A program made the position numbers and the translations under genes. A stretch of DNA of 64,000 nt, from NCBI RefSeq assembly GCF_028561565.1, contig NZ_JAQQTE010000001.1, forward strand, positions 230,005 to 294,004. Reading direction: 5' to 3'. The stretch's first letter is position 1; every line of letters begins with the position of its first letter. Positions 1 through 10,186 of the stretch are shown here, in pieces. The notes below the pieces were generated by a model. The model was not told the origin of the DNA. It was given only the letters and a program-made list of their open reading frames with translations, and did no database searches. The DNA is from Gilvibacter sediminis (GTDB lineage Bacteria; Bacteroidota; Bacteroidia; Flavobacteriales; Flavobacteriaceae).

Positions 1-120
1 CCGTATCACTGACCTAGAAGATGCGCTTAACGACAAAACCGAAGGTGTTGATAAAGCTAAGGTCAATAAAGACGAACTCGGAGATCTGTTGATCAAATTG
101 GGAGAAAAGCTACGCTCCTA
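1..120 (+). CDS. 3' end of an upstream CDS (partial, function unknown)
   Basis: Open frame from window start ending at TAA 118-120; too short to classify. Confidence 0.3.
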
Positions 121-133
121 AGAAAATCCATTT

Positions 134-961
134 ATGGTCGAGCAAAAGGATAAACTCAACCTGCTTCGGGATATCCTGTTAATTGATGACAGGGAGGTTG
201 CCGATGCCATATCCCAACGCCTTGATACCATTACACAGACTCTCGAGTCCAAAGAAAAACTAGCAAAAAAAGTCGATCCCATCTTTGAGGAGAACATGGA
301 ACAATTTGTGGAGGAAATCCCCACGCGATTGGGCCCTGTGATCACCAAAACGCTCAAAGAACAGATCGCAAATAGTAAAGATCAAGTTGTGGAAGCGCTC
401 TATCCTATTTTGGGAAAAATGGTAAAGCGTTACATACAAAATGAGCTAGCACTACTATCAGAGAACATCAATAATAAGGTCAACAACACCTTTACGCTTA
501 AGGGCTTACAACGCAAACTCAAAGCCCTGTTTACCGGAGTGAAGGAAAGCGACATTATTTTGAGTGAATTGGATGCACCAGAACTGATGGAAGTGTTTGT
601 GATTAAAAAGGGGTCTGGAATGCTTTTGGGCAATTATTCCAACCAACAGACCTTGGACAAAGACTTGATCTCTGGCATGTTGACTGCCATTAAGAGTTTT
701 GTGGAAGATGCGTTTCAGGGCGAAAGCCAAAATCTGGAAGGAATTGACTACGAACTCTACAAAATCCAAATTCAGAATTTCCATTCGTACTACATGGCTG
801 TTGTGGTTTCCGGTAACCTGACGCCGCAGTTCGAAAACGAAATTGAAGACCTAATCCTTGAAAACAGCGACACCTTGAGTGAGTTGTTAACTAACGCGCA
901 ACGTGAAAACGTAGACATCTTCTTAGCTTCAATGTTTGAAGACTATTTAGACAACACCTAA
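134..961 (+). CDS. Hypothetical protein; C-terminal half has Roadblock/LC7 (MglB-like) character
   Basis: 275-aa ORF directly upstream of a Ras-like GTPase; C-terminal segment (EVFVIKKGSGMLLG...MAVVVSGNL) has the alternating hydrophobic pattern of Roadblock domains; inferred by eye only. Confidence 0.4.
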   Translation: MVEQKDKLNLLRDILLIDDREVADAISQRLDTITQTLESKEKLAKKVDPIFEENMEQFVEEIPTRLGPVITKTLKEQIANSKDQVVEALYPILGKMVKRYIQNELALLSENINNKVNNTFTLKGLQRKLKALFTGVKESDIILSELDAPELMEVFVIKKGSGMLLGNYSNQQTLDKDLISGMLTAIKSFVEDAFQGESQNLEGIDYELYKIQIQNFHSYYMAVVVSGNLTPQFENEIEDLILENSDTLSELLTNAQRENVDIFLASMFEDYLDNT

Positions 962-1023
962 TTTTAAGTTTGGAACACAAATTGCAAAGCAAATCATTGA
1001 CAACTAAAATTACCACGTATTAG

Positions 1024-1509
1024 ATGGAAGTATCTAAAAAAATTGTGCTGATAGGGCATTTTGGAGTTGGAAAGACCAGCTTAGTGAGACGTTATGTTGA
1101 TAGCGCCTTTAGTGAGGATTATCTGGTGACCCTTGGGGTTCAGGTAAAGAAAAAACAGATCGAATTGGACGACAATCAGGTGAATATGATTATCTGGGAT
1201 CTGGAAGGAAACGCTAAGGTCGAAGAGATGCGTTCGAGCTATATGTTAGGAACTGATGGTTTCCTCTACGTCTTTGACTTAACCCGTCCGATCACTTTTA
1301 ACAACCTCAACGAAAATCTAGATTTCATCAAAAAGCAATATCCCAAGGCCCCAATTAAGGTTGTTGGAAACAAGGCCGATCTTTTTGACGGAACCGATCT
1401 GGATGAATTTCTCACCAAAAACAATCTGGAACATGTCATCACAACCAGCGCGAAGGAAGGAACCAACGTCGCCACGGTCTTTGAAGAATTAGCCAGAGAA
1501 CTGTTGTAA
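1024..1509 (+). CDS. Ras-superfamily small GTPase (prokaryotic Rup/MglA-like)
   Basis: P-loop GHFGVGKTS, switch-II WDLEG (lacks the catalytic Gln of DTAGQ), NKAD and SAK motifs. Confidence 0.8.
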   Translation: MEVSKKIVLIGHFGVGKTSLVRRYVDSAFSEDYLVTLGVQVKKKQIELDDNQVNMIIWDLEGNAKVEEMRSSYMLGTDGFLYVFDLTRPITFNNLNENLDFIKKQYPKAPIKVVGNKADLFDGTDLDEFLTKNNLEHVITTSAKEGTNVATVFEELARELL

Positions 1510-1512
1510 TCT

Positions 1513-3021
1513 ATGAGTTTAAAGAGTTTTAAATCTGACTTGCTTGAAAAGCGAGTGCAGATCATTACCACCGATATGTCTGGAAAGGTCACGGCTTCTG
1601 ATGATGCCTTGATCCCGCTTAAAAAAGGAAGTCGTTTGCAGGATCTTGATCCATTTTTCGAAGCGATAGTTCCCCTGCTTAGTGCAGATGCTCAACTGCT
1701 TGAGTTTCCCTGTATCAATTTAAAATCCGACGAGCAGGAGTTCGTTTTAGATATTGAATTGCGTTATGGCGATGGAGAATTGATCGCTATTCTCTATGAT
1801 TTTACGGAGCATTATCGCAGATCTCATCCGGTGGTTCAAGAGAAGAACGAGAATACTATTCTGGCAAACCAATTGTTGGTTGAACAAGCCATTGCCAATG
1901 AAAAGGAAGCTCTTAAAAACAGCTTCTTGTCCAAGCTCAGTCATGAATTGCGCAAACCCTTGGGCAATATGATGGGTTTTGTAAATCTGCTACAAGACAG
2001 CAATCTGAATTACGATCAAACAGAGATGCTCAAGATCGTGCGCCAAACTGGTTTGCATCTTGAAGAATTGCTCAATGATCTGTTGGATATCTCCAAGATA
2101 AGTGAAGGAACCTTACACCTGAAGAACGTTTCATTTAAGATGAAGGATGTTACAAAACACCTTCATGATATGTTCAGTCTTAAAGCCAAAACTAAACGAA
2201 TTGAATTTGAGATCAACCTGAGAGACAACGTGCCTCCAATTCTTATCGGAGACCCTATTCGCGTAAAGCAGATTCTGATCAATTTGGTAGACAACGCCTT
2301 TAAAAATACGCCGAAAGGAAAGGTACTTTTAGACATCAGTGTAGACTATTCACGCGCTAAAAAGGTCTCTTTACGTTTTAGTGTTTCTGATACAGGATAC
2401 GGAATTAAGGATGCTGAACTTTCCAATATTTTTGACTCCTATTACCAGATCGATAAACTCCTTTCTCCAACAGAAGGGCAAGGTCTCGGACTAAAAATAG
2501 TAGATGATCTGGTCAAACTTCAAAAAGGAAAGATCAAAGTAAAAAGTAAGGTGGGTGAAGGATCACAATTTGAAGTTTCTCTACCTTTTGAAGTACCACT
2601 CCGAGAGGAGAAAAAACCTGCTCGTAAAAAAGCAATAGACGTGGATGAGCGTATCCGTGTGCTTTGTGTTGACGATGCCGAATTAGATCAGATGTTGATC
2701 ATGAAGATCCTGATCAATGAAGGTTTCATTTCTATGGACCTAGCCTTGCACGGCGAAATGGCTCTGCAACTTATCGATCTAAAGACCTATGATGTGATCC
2801 TGTTAGATTTGGATCTGCCCATCCTCAACGGAATTGAATTCTTAAAGCGTCTGCGCTCAGAGCGAAAGACCAAAAAGGTTCCAGTGGTAGTACTTACGGC
2901 GATGGCTGGAGTAGAGTATCAAAAAGAAGCAGAAGCGCTAGGCATCTCTGCTTATTTGACAAAACCGTATCAGCCTAAAGAGCTCGTTAAAGCTATAAAG
3001 GCAGCGTTTAAAGAAAGGTAG
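1513..3021 (+). CDS. Hybrid sensor histidine kinase / response regulator
   Basis: HisKA H-box SHELRKPLG, HATPase_c N/G boxes (DNAFKNT, GLGL), C-terminal receiver domain (VLCVDDAE...ILLDLDLP...K). Confidence 0.85.
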   Translation: MSLKSFKSDLLEKRVQIITTDMSGKVTASDDALIPLKKGSRLQDLDPFFEAIVPLLSADAQLLEFPCINLKSDEQEFVLDIELRYGDGELIAILYDFTEHYRRSHPVVQEKNENTILANQLLVEQAIANEKEALKNSFLSKLSHELRKPLGNMMGFVNLLQDSNLNYDQTEMLKIVRQTGLHLEELLNDLLDISKISEGTLHLKNVSFKMKDVTKHLHDMFSLKAKTKRIEFEINLRDNVPPILIGDPIRVKQILINLVDNAFKNTPKGKVLLDISVDYSRAKKVSLRFSVSDTGYGIKDAELSNIFDSYYQIDKLLSPTEGQGLGLKIVDDLVKLQKGKIKVKSKVGEGSQFEVSLPFEVPLREEKKPARKKAIDVDERIRVLCVDDAELDQMLIMKILINEGFISMDLALHGEMALQLIDLKTYDVILLDLDLPILNGIEFLKRLRSERKTKKVPVVVLTAMAGVEYQKEAEALGISAYLTKPYQPKELVKAIKAAFKER

Positions 3022-3037
3022 AAGTAAGCCCGTTGGC

Positions 3038-3514
3038 TTACTTTTCCACCAAATATTGGTAGTCTTCGAAATCTAGACCTCCTGTGTAGATCTGAATAGA
3101 GCGTTTGATGTATTTCTCCGCCTGCTCATCACTAAATCCAAGACCGGTCGCATAGCGAACCAATAAGTGATGCTCGTCTTCATCAATTTGATTGTCAGCA
3201 AAGATGATGGAGAACATGTCGTGTAGCAGTTGCAAACGCACCTCGTGAGAGTTCGGTGGATTGATCGGATACAAAGCTGGATCTTTAAGGACTGCTTTCT
3301 GCTCAGATTCGTGGATTCCCAATTTACTAGCAAAGCGATCCAAACGGGCCATTTCTTGCTCGTTGAGCTCGTTATCTACTGCGGCAATTCTTACCAAAGC
3401 GGCAAAGTGACTAAGGTTTCTTGAGTGTTCGTAACTCTGAAAAAGATTCTTAAACGACATAGTTTTACTTAATTGCTGCAAATATAGCAGTATCTTCTCA
3501 TTTCTAACAGGCAA
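3038..3514 (-). CDS. TerB-like / DjlA-N-like helical domain protein (hypothetical)
   Basis: Two acidic helical repeats (AAVDNELNEQE.., FADNQIDEDE..) resembling the TerB fold; weak assignment. Confidence 0.4.
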   Translation of the reverse strand: MPVRNEKILLYLQQLSKTMSFKNLFQSYEHSRNLSHFAALVRIAAVDNELNEQEMARLDRFASKLGIHESEQKAVLKDPALYPINPPNSHEVRLQLLHDMFSIIFADNQIDEDEHHLLVRYATGLGFSDEQAEKYIKRSIQIYTGGLDFEDYQYLVEK

Positions 3515-3595
3515 TCGGCCTCCAATTTTGCTAAAAATCCAAGCAAGGCTACCGCGGGAATTGTCGTATTTTTATAGGGAGCAAAAATTACTCCC

Positions 3596-4603
3596 ATGCC
3601 CCTATTGGTTTTTAATAAAAACGGCATTTACTGTCCGCAGGCAGACGTATATCTGGACGCCTGGCGGAAGGTCCCCAAGTGCATTGTAACTCATGGACAT
3701 TCAGATCATGCTCGTTACGGCCATGGGCAGTATATCACGCACAAGACCAACATTCCCATCATCAAACACCGATTGGGAAAACTTCAGGTCCAAGGTTTGG
3801 ATTGGAACGAGACCCTTTTGGTCAATGGCGTGAAATTCAGTTTGCATCCCGCAGGCCACATTCCGGGGTCTGCACAAGTACGGGTGGAGTACAAAGGCGA
3901 GGTTTGGGTTTTTACAGGAGATTACAAATTACAAGACGACGGGCTCTGCGTTCCCTTTGAACCTGTAAAATGCCATACCTTCATTACCGAATGCACCTTT
4001 GGTTTACCCGCTTTTTCTTGGGAACCACAACAAGAGGTTTTTAATGAGATAGATTCGTGGTGGGCGGCCAATAGATCCAACGATGTTACTTCTTTGCTCT
4101 TCGGATACAGTCTAGGCAAGGCCCAACGTATTTTGAAAAATGTCAATGCAGACATCGGTCCTATCTACGTGCACAAAACCATCTACGATCTCAACAAGGC
4201 CATGGCTAAAGATTTTGATCTGCCAGAATTTACCTTGCTGGATACCTCCATAGATAAAGCGGAACTAAAAGGATCGCTTATTGTAGCACCTCCCGGAGTT
4301 CAAAATGCAGCATGGATCAGAAAGATCGGTGCCCAAACTACGGCTGCCGCCAGCGGTTGGATGACCTTTAGAGGCGCCCGCAGAAGACGCGCTTTAGACA
4401 AAGGATTCGTGTTGAGTGATCACGCAGATTGGCAAGATCTGCTCACTGCTGTAAAAGCGACAGGCTGCCAGCAGGTTATTGCAACGCATGGCTATACAGA
4501 GATATTCTCCCGCTACCTCCGCGAAGAATTAGGCTTAGACGCTAAAACAGAGGCTACCGCTTATGAGGCAGAAACCATAGACCAAACTCAAGAAACCGCC
4601 TAA
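3596..4603 (+). CDS. Ligase-associated DNA damage response exonuclease (metallo-beta-lactamase fold)
   Basis: HGHSDH metal motif, gene order exonuclease-ligase-helicase-PdeM. Confidence 0.75.
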   Translation: MPLLVFNKNGIYCPQADVYLDAWRKVPKCIVTHGHSDHARYGHGQYITHKTNIPIIKHRLGKLQVQGLDWNETLLVNGVKFSLHPAGHIPGSAQVRVEYKGEVWVFTGDYKLQDDGLCVPFEPVKCHTFITECTFGLPAFSWEPQQEVFNEIDSWWAANRSNDVTSLLFGYSLGKAQRILKNVNADIGPIYVHKTIYDLNKAMAKDFDLPEFTLLDTSIDKAELKGSLIVAPPGVQNAAWIRKIGAQTTAAASGWMTFRGARRRRALDKGFVLSDHADWQDLLTAVKATGCQQVIATHGYTEIFSRYLREELGLDAKTEATAYEAETIDQTQETA

Positions 4604-4607
4604 GTCT

Positions 4608-6194
4608 ATGAAAGCCTTTGCTCAACTCATAAAAGCTTTAGACAGCACTAATAAGACCAACCAAAAGGTAGCGGCTCTGGCCAATTATTTTAAAACCGCT
4701 GCAGACAGTGATAAGGTTTGGACCATCGCCCTACTCTCCCACCGCCGTCCCAAGCGCCCCGTGAACACTACGCTACTCAGACTTTGGGCTACCGAACTGG
4801 CCAACATTCCTGCTTGGCTTTTTGAAGAAAGCTATCATATTGTTGGTGATTTGGCAGAGACTATTGCCTTAGTCCTCCCACATCCTAAAGGCAGTACTGA
4901 AATGTCACTGACTAAAGTGGTCAATGAAATAGCCGCGCTCAGCAGTCAAAGTGAGCACATTAAAAAGGCAACCATTTTAGAGCGCTGGGATCAATTCAAT
5001 TATTACGAGCGCTTTGTCTATAACAAGATCATAACCGGTGGATTTAGAATTGGGGTGAGTCAAAAACTGATGACTCGAGCCCTCGGACAAGCTACCGGCA
5101 TTGATACTGATGAACTCGCTTTTAAACTCATGGGGAATTGGGACCCTAAGACCATCAGTTTTGAAGAATTGATCATAGCCCCTTCTGAGGCCGCAGCAGT
5201 TTCTAGACCCTATCCTTTTTTTCTGGCTCACGCGGTAGAAGGTAAAGTTGAAGAACTGGGAGACATTTCCCAATACAGTTTTGAACATAAATGGGACGGG
5301 ATTCGCGCCCAAGTGATCTTCAGAGCAGGCACGCATTTTGTTTGGAGTAGAGGGGAAGAATTGGTTACTGATAAGTATCCAGAATTTGACGAATTGCTGG
5401 AGCTCATTCCAGACGGAACCGTTTTAGATGGAGAGATCGTATGTTTTCCCAACGGGCAAATTGGCGATTTCAATATGCTGCAAACCCGCATCGGGCGCAA
5501 GAACATCAGCAAAAAACTCTTGGAGACCCATCCAGTAATTCTGATCGCTTACGATCTGTTAGAATGGGACGGAAAAGATCTGAGAGATACCCCTTTCGAG
5601 CAGCGCAGAAAACTCTTGGACAAACTGGTGAAATCCAAAGGAGAAAATTCTCCGCTCTACCTAAGCAGTACCATGAATTTTAAAAATTGGGAAGAGGCCG
5701 CTGCGGAGCGGGAGCGCTCTAGAGAAAAACGAAGCGAGGGCCTCATGATCAAACGCAAGGATTCACATTACGGTGTGGGCAGAAAACGGGGCGAATGGTT
5801 CAAATGGAAGGTTGATCCATTTACCATAGACGCCGTACTCACCTACGCTATGCGAGGGCACGGACGTAGGGCCAACCTCTTTACCGACTACACCTTTGCC
5901 CTTTGGCATGAAGGAGCTCTAGTCACCTTTGCTAAGGCGTATAGCGGCCTTACTGATGCAGAACTCAAAGAGGTTGACAGTTGGATCAAAAAAAATACTT
6001 TGGAACGCTTCGGACCGGTTCGCTCTGTAAAACCCGAACACGTTTTTGAAATCGCTTTTGAAGGCATTGCCGCAAGCAAACGGCACAAAAGTGGAGTCGC
6101 CACTCGATTCCCTAGAATTCATCGTTGGCGCAAAGACAAAAAGCCCGATCAAGCCAATAGTTTAGAAGATCTTAAAGCACTAATCCCTGAATGA
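4608..6194 (+). CDS. ATP-dependent DNA ligase
   Basis: Adenylation motif I EHKWDGIR, OB-domain region; 4-nt gap after the upstream gene. Confidence 0.85.
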   Translation: MKAFAQLIKALDSTNKTNQKVAALANYFKTAADSDKVWTIALLSHRRPKRPVNTTLLRLWATELANIPAWLFEESYHIVGDLAETIALVLPHPKGSTEMSLTKVVNEIAALSSQSEHIKKATILERWDQFNYYERFVYNKIITGGFRIGVSQKLMTRALGQATGIDTDELAFKLMGNWDPKTISFEELIIAPSEAAAVSRPYPFFLAHAVEGKVEELGDISQYSFEHKWDGIRAQVIFRAGTHFVWSRGEELVTDKYPEFDELLELIPDGTVLDGEIVCFPNGQIGDFNMLQTRIGRKNISKKLLETHPVILIAYDLLEWDGKDLRDTPFEQRRKLLDKLVKSKGENSPLYLSSTMNFKNWEEAAAERERSREKRSEGLMIKRKDSHYGVGRKRGEWFKWKVDPFTIDAVLTYAMRGHGRRANLFTDYTFALWHEGALVTFAKAYSGLTDAELKEVDSWIKKNTLERFGPVRSVKPEHVFEIAFEGIAASKRHKSGVATRFPRIHRWRKDKKPDQANSLEDLKALIPE

Positions 6195-8650
6195 AGCGCG
6201 AGGAACTTTTAAATATCGCCCAGGGCTGGTTTGAAGGCCGCGGATGGAATCCGTTTCCATTTCAAAAACAAACTTGGAACGCCTATTTGCAAGGCAAGCA
6301 CGGCCTGCTCAATGCACCTACCGGGAGTGGAAAAACTTACGCGCTCTGGACTCCCATCGTTTTGTCTTACATCAAATCCAATCCGGAGTATAAAACCAAA
6401 CACAAAAAAGGGATCAAAGCCCTTTGGATCACCCCGCTAAGAGCGTTATCGGTAGAGATCCAACAAGCAGCTCAACGTATGGCCGATGAATTGGAAACTG
6501 GCCTAACCGTCGGGATTAGAACTGGAGACACCACCCAAGCAGAGCGCGCCAAACAAAAGCGTTCCATGCCGGATCTGCTCATCACCACGCCGGAGAGCCT
6601 AATGCTACTTTTGGCCAGCAAGGACTATCCCAAACTCTTTAAAACCTTAGAAGCCGTGGTGGTTGACGAATGGCATGAACTTTTGGGTTCCAAACGCGGG
6701 GTACAAATGGAGCTGGCCTTGTCTCGCTTCAAAACCGTTTGTCCTAAACTGCGTATTTGGGGCATCTCTGCTACCATAGGAAATCTAGATCAAGCCATGG
6801 ATGTTTTGATGGGCGATTCCACCGAGCAGGAAAAACCCAGAGTGCTAATTAGAGCCAAGCGCAAACCCAAGGTCAAAGTCAAATCCATCATCCCAAAGAA
6901 GATGGAAACCTTCCCCTGGCGGGGCCATTTGGGATTACATTTACTAGAAGAGATCATTCCCATCATTGAAGCCAGCAAAACGACCATCATCTTTACCAAC
7001 ACGCGCGGACAATGCGAGATCTGGTTTCAGAAGATCTTAGAAAAGCACCCAGAATTGGCGGGTGAACTCGCCATGCACCACGGGAGTATCAATAAAGAAA
7101 CACGGCTGTGGGTAGAACAGGCCATTCGCAATGAATCGCTCAAAGCTGTAGTGGCTACCTCTAGTTTAGACCTCGGGGTTGATTTTGCTCCTGTAGAGAC
7201 CATCATTCAAATTGGGGGTCCAAAAGGTGTTGCTAAATTCTTGCAACGCGCCGGGCGTTCCAACCACCGTCCTGGCGAACCGAGTTTGATCTACTTTTTA
7301 CCCACTCACGCTTTGGAGTTAGTTGAAGCCTCAGCCTTAAAACGCGCTGTGACGGAATCGGTTATGGAAGACCGTACGCCCTTTTTACTCTGCTTTGATG
7401 TGCTGATCCAATATTTGGTGACCTTGGCTGTTAGTGATGGTTTTAAACCTGAAGAGATCTTCCCAGAAGTGCAACGCACTTTTTGCTTTCAAGGCTTGAC
7501 CGAAGAGCAATGGCAATGGTGCTTGAATTTTATCACCAAAGGCAGTCAAAGTTTAGAATCCTACAACGAATACCGCAAAGTGTTAATTCAGGAGGACGGT
7601 CTTTTCAAGGTCACCGATCGCAGGATCGCTATGATGCATCGGCTTTCTATTGGCACCATTGTAAGCGATGCCATGCTGCTGGTCAAATACGTGAGCGGTG
7701 GTTTTATTGGAACCGTAGAAGAGTGGTTTCTGGGCAAGATGAAACCGGGAGACACCTTTGTTTTTGCTGGCCGAACGCTGGAATTGGTCCGCTTGAGAAA
7801 CATGACTGCTCAGGTTAGAAAATCTAAAAAACGCAGCAGCAATGTGGTGAGTTTTATGGGCGGACGTTTACCGCTTTCCTCCCAAATGAGTCAGCTGCTA
7901 AGAGAAGAACTGCAAAGCAGTAGCGCTTATAAATCGCAAACGCGAGAGTTGCGCGCCCTGAGTCATATTTTTGAACGGCAATTGCAGGAATCCATAGTGC
8001 CTGCTTCTTATGAATTCTTGATAGAATCCTTTGAAACCCGAGAAGGTTTCCACGTAGTCTTCTACCCTTTTGAAGGTCGATTTGTACACGAGGCCTTGAG
8101 TCATATTTTGGCCTACAGGATCAGTTTGCTGATCCCTATCAGTTTCTCTTTGGCCTATAACGACTACGGATTTGAATTACTCTCAGATCAGGTTTGGGAT
8201 GTGCAACTCATCTTTGACAACGAGCTATTCACTCCGGAGTATTTGCTACAAGACCTGGAAAAAAGTATCAACGCCACAGAAATGGCGAGTAGAAAATTCA
8301 GAGACATTGCCGTGATCAGTGGTTTGGTGTTTCAAGGCTATCCCAATAAGACGGTCAAGACCAAACATTTGCAAAGCAATTCGCGTTTGCTATTTAAGGT
8401 CTTTAAAGATTTTGAGCCTGATAATTTACTTTTGCAACAAGCATACCGGGAGACCTTTGAGCACGAACTGGAAGAAGGCCGTTTGCGCATTGCCTTAGAG
8501 CGAATTTGTAATCAGGATATGGTTTGGCGTCCTTGTGAAAAGCCTACGCCATTCAGCTTCCCGATCATTACCGACCGTTTACGCGAAAAGATGAGCTCCG
8601 AAAAACTCAGTGACAGAATCAAACGCATGCGCGTGCAATATGAAGCCTAA
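6191..8650 (+). CDS. Ligase-associated DNA damage response DEXH-box helicase (Lhr-like)
   Basis: Walker A PTGSGKT, DEWH box VVVDEWHEL, helicase C-terminal motifs; start overlaps the ligase stop. Confidence 0.85.
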   Translation: MKREELLNIAQGWFEGRGWNPFPFQKQTWNAYLQGKHGLLNAPTGSGKTYALWTPIVLSYIKSNPEYKTKHKKGIKALWITPLRALSVEIQQAAQRMADELETGLTVGIRTGDTTQAERAKQKRSMPDLLITTPESLMLLLASKDYPKLFKTLEAVVVDEWHELLGSKRGVQMELALSRFKTVCPKLRIWGISATIGNLDQAMDVLMGDSTEQEKPRVLIRAKRKPKVKVKSIIPKKMETFPWRGHLGLHLLEEIIPIIEASKTTIIFTNTRGQCEIWFQKILEKHPELAGELAMHHGSINKETRLWVEQAIRNESLKAVVATSSLDLGVDFAPVETIIQIGGPKGVAKFLQRAGRSNHRPGEPSLIYFLPTHALELVEASALKRAVTESVMEDRTPFLLCFDVLIQYLVTLAVSDGFKPEEIFPEVQRTFCFQGLTEEQWQWCLNFITKGSQSLESYNEYRKVLIQEDGLFKVTDRRIAMMHRLSIGTIVSDAMLLVKYVSGGFIGTVEEWFLGKMKPGDTFVFAGRTLELVRLRNMTAQVRKSKKRSSNVVSFMGGRLPLSSQMSQLLREELQSSSAYKSQTRELRALSHIFERQLQESIVPASYEFLIESFETREGFHVVFYPFEGRFVHEALSHILAYRISLLIPISFSLAYNDYGFELLSDQVWDVQLIFDNELFTPEYLLQDLEKSINATEMASRKFRDIAVISGLVFQGYPNKTVKTKHLQSNSRLLFKVFKDFEPDNLLLQQAYRETFEHELEEGRLRIALERICNQDMVWRPCEKPTPFSFPIITDRLREKMSSEKLSDRIKRMRVQYEA

Positions 8651-9302
8651 AATGACCAAGACCTTAACTTTCAATTTTGGTGGATTGGATTGTGTAGGAC
8701 ACGCAAGTGGTGCCTTGTTTGTCCCCGACTATGATTGCCTCCTGATTGCCGATGTGCATTTGGGCAAGGTGAGTCATTTTAGAAAACATGGCGCAGCAGT
8801 TCCAACGGCAGCAATTCGATCCAATTTTGATCGTTTGGACATCGCAATGGAAGATTTTAAAACCGATCGCATCTATTTTTTAGGCGATCTATTCCACAGC
8901 CACACCAACAAAGAATGGGATTACTTTGCAGGCTGGATGGAAGAACGAAAACCCAAAACTACTTTGGTCTTGGGCAATCACGACATCATTCCTTTGAGCC
9001 GTTACGATGCCTTAGGTATCACCACCTGTGAGACTGGAACTTTGGGGGATCTAAAACTCACCCACATTCCAGAAGAGAACCCAGAACAGTTCACTATAAG
9101 CGGACATATTCATCCCGGAGTTCGTTTACGAGGCGTAGGGAGACAATCCATTAGCTTACCGTGCTTTTTTATAAGCGGCAAACAAATGATCTTGCCCGCT
9201 TTTGGGAGTTTTACGGGCAAACATGTATTACGTCCGGGCAGTGATGACCGCATCTACGCCATTGCCGATGGGGAACTTATGGCCCTTCACGAGACGCCCT
9301 AA
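8640..9302 (+). CDS. pdeM: Ligase-associated DNA damage response phosphoesterase PdeM (calcineurin-like)
   Basis: Metallophosphoesterase motifs DVHLG, GDLFH, GNHD; last gene of the operon; internal ATG chosen as start, ORF opens at 8610. Confidence 0.7.
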   Translation: MKPKMTKTLTFNFGGLDCVGHASGALFVPDYDCLLIADVHLGKVSHFRKHGAAVPTAAIRSNFDRLDIAMEDFKTDRIYFLGDLFHSHTNKEWDYFAGWMEERKPKTTLVLGNHDIIPLSRYDALGITTCETGTLGDLKLTHIPEENPEQFTISGHIHPGVRLRGVGRQSISLPCFFISGKQMILPAFGSFTGKHVLRPGSDDRIYAIADGELMALHETP

Positions 9303-9321
9303 TTTGCGTATCTTTATTCAG

Positions 9322-10122
9322 ATGAAAAAATTCTACGCACTCCTCAATGCGGTTGCCTTAGTTGCAACTATTTACGTCAATTACCTGTCCAATACAGGAG
9401 CTATAGCAGGGAAAACTATTGGTGGTGTTTCTGACGATTTGAATACCCTCTTCACCCCTGCTGGATATGCTTTTGCCATTTGGGGACTGATCTATTTATT
9501 GCTCATCGGTTTTGCGATCTACGGCTTGGTTGCAGCCTTTGGTAAAGTGCGTGATGACTCCTTTCTAGAAAAGACGGCCGGTTGGTTTTTACTCTCTTGC
9601 GCGGCGAATATGGCGTGGATCTTTTGCTGGCTTTACGAATGGACCGGATGGTCTGTGGTTTGCATGTTTGTGATCTTAATTGCCTTGCTGGTCATTGTGG
9701 TCAAAAATGGAATGGAACTTTACGATGCTGCTATCCCGACCATTGCCTTTGTGTGGTGGCCTTTTGTGATCTACAGCGGATGGATCACTGTGGCGAGTAT
9801 TGCCAACATCTCTGCCTATTTGCATAAAACAGGTTGGGACGGTTTGGGCCTCTCTGAAGTCACTTGGACAATCGTGGTAATACTCGTTGCGGGAGCCGTG
9901 AACTTGGCCGTCACCTGGAAGCGCAATATGCGCGAATTTGCTTTAGTGGGCGCTTGGGCCTTGGGTGCTATTGCGGTGGCCAATTGGCATACCGAAGAGA
10001 TAGTAGCCAATACGGCAATGCTGGTCATGGGAATTCTAATAGGCAGCAGCACCTTGCACGCCATTAAGAATTGGAAATACAATCCACTGTTCAAAGTGTT
10101 GGAATATTACGGGAAGCGTTAA
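9322..10122 (+). CDS. Trp-rich integral membrane protein (hypothetical)
   Basis: About 8 predicted TM helices and many Trp residues; start placed at MKKFYALL with a Shine-Dalgarno-like upstream context. Confidence 0.5.
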   Translation: MKKFYALLNAVALVATIYVNYLSNTGAIAGKTIGGVSDDLNTLFTPAGYAFAIWGLIYLLLIGFAIYGLVAAFGKVRDDSFLEKTAGWFLLSCAANMAWIFCWLYEWTGWSVVCMFVILIALLVIVVKNGMELYDAAIPTIAFVWWPFVIYSGWITVASIANISAYLHKTGWDGLGLSEVTWTIVVILVAGAVNLAVTWKRNMREFALVGAWALGAIAVANWHTEEIVANTAMLVMGILIGSSTLHAIKNWKYNPLFKVLEYYGKR

Positions 10123-10186
10123 AATTCTCTTTTTGCTTTACAAGTTGTTTTAAATTCCCAAAGGAAGGCAGTATCTTTGCCATCCC

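Noticed and set aside
3679-3960. Nested and antisense small ORFs inside large genes (e.g. 3679-3960, 7483-7818, 18464-18964, 24336-25016, 53771-54118)
   Set aside because: All overlap strongly supported CDSs in other frames or strands and show Arg/Ser/Cys-rich compositions typical of spurious frames.
9582-10067. Cys-rich ORFs 9582-9827 (+) and 9864-10067 (+) inside the membrane-protein gene
   Set aside because: They are alternative frames of the same strand within the Trp-rich membrane protein CDS and translate the W/C-rich codons out of frame.
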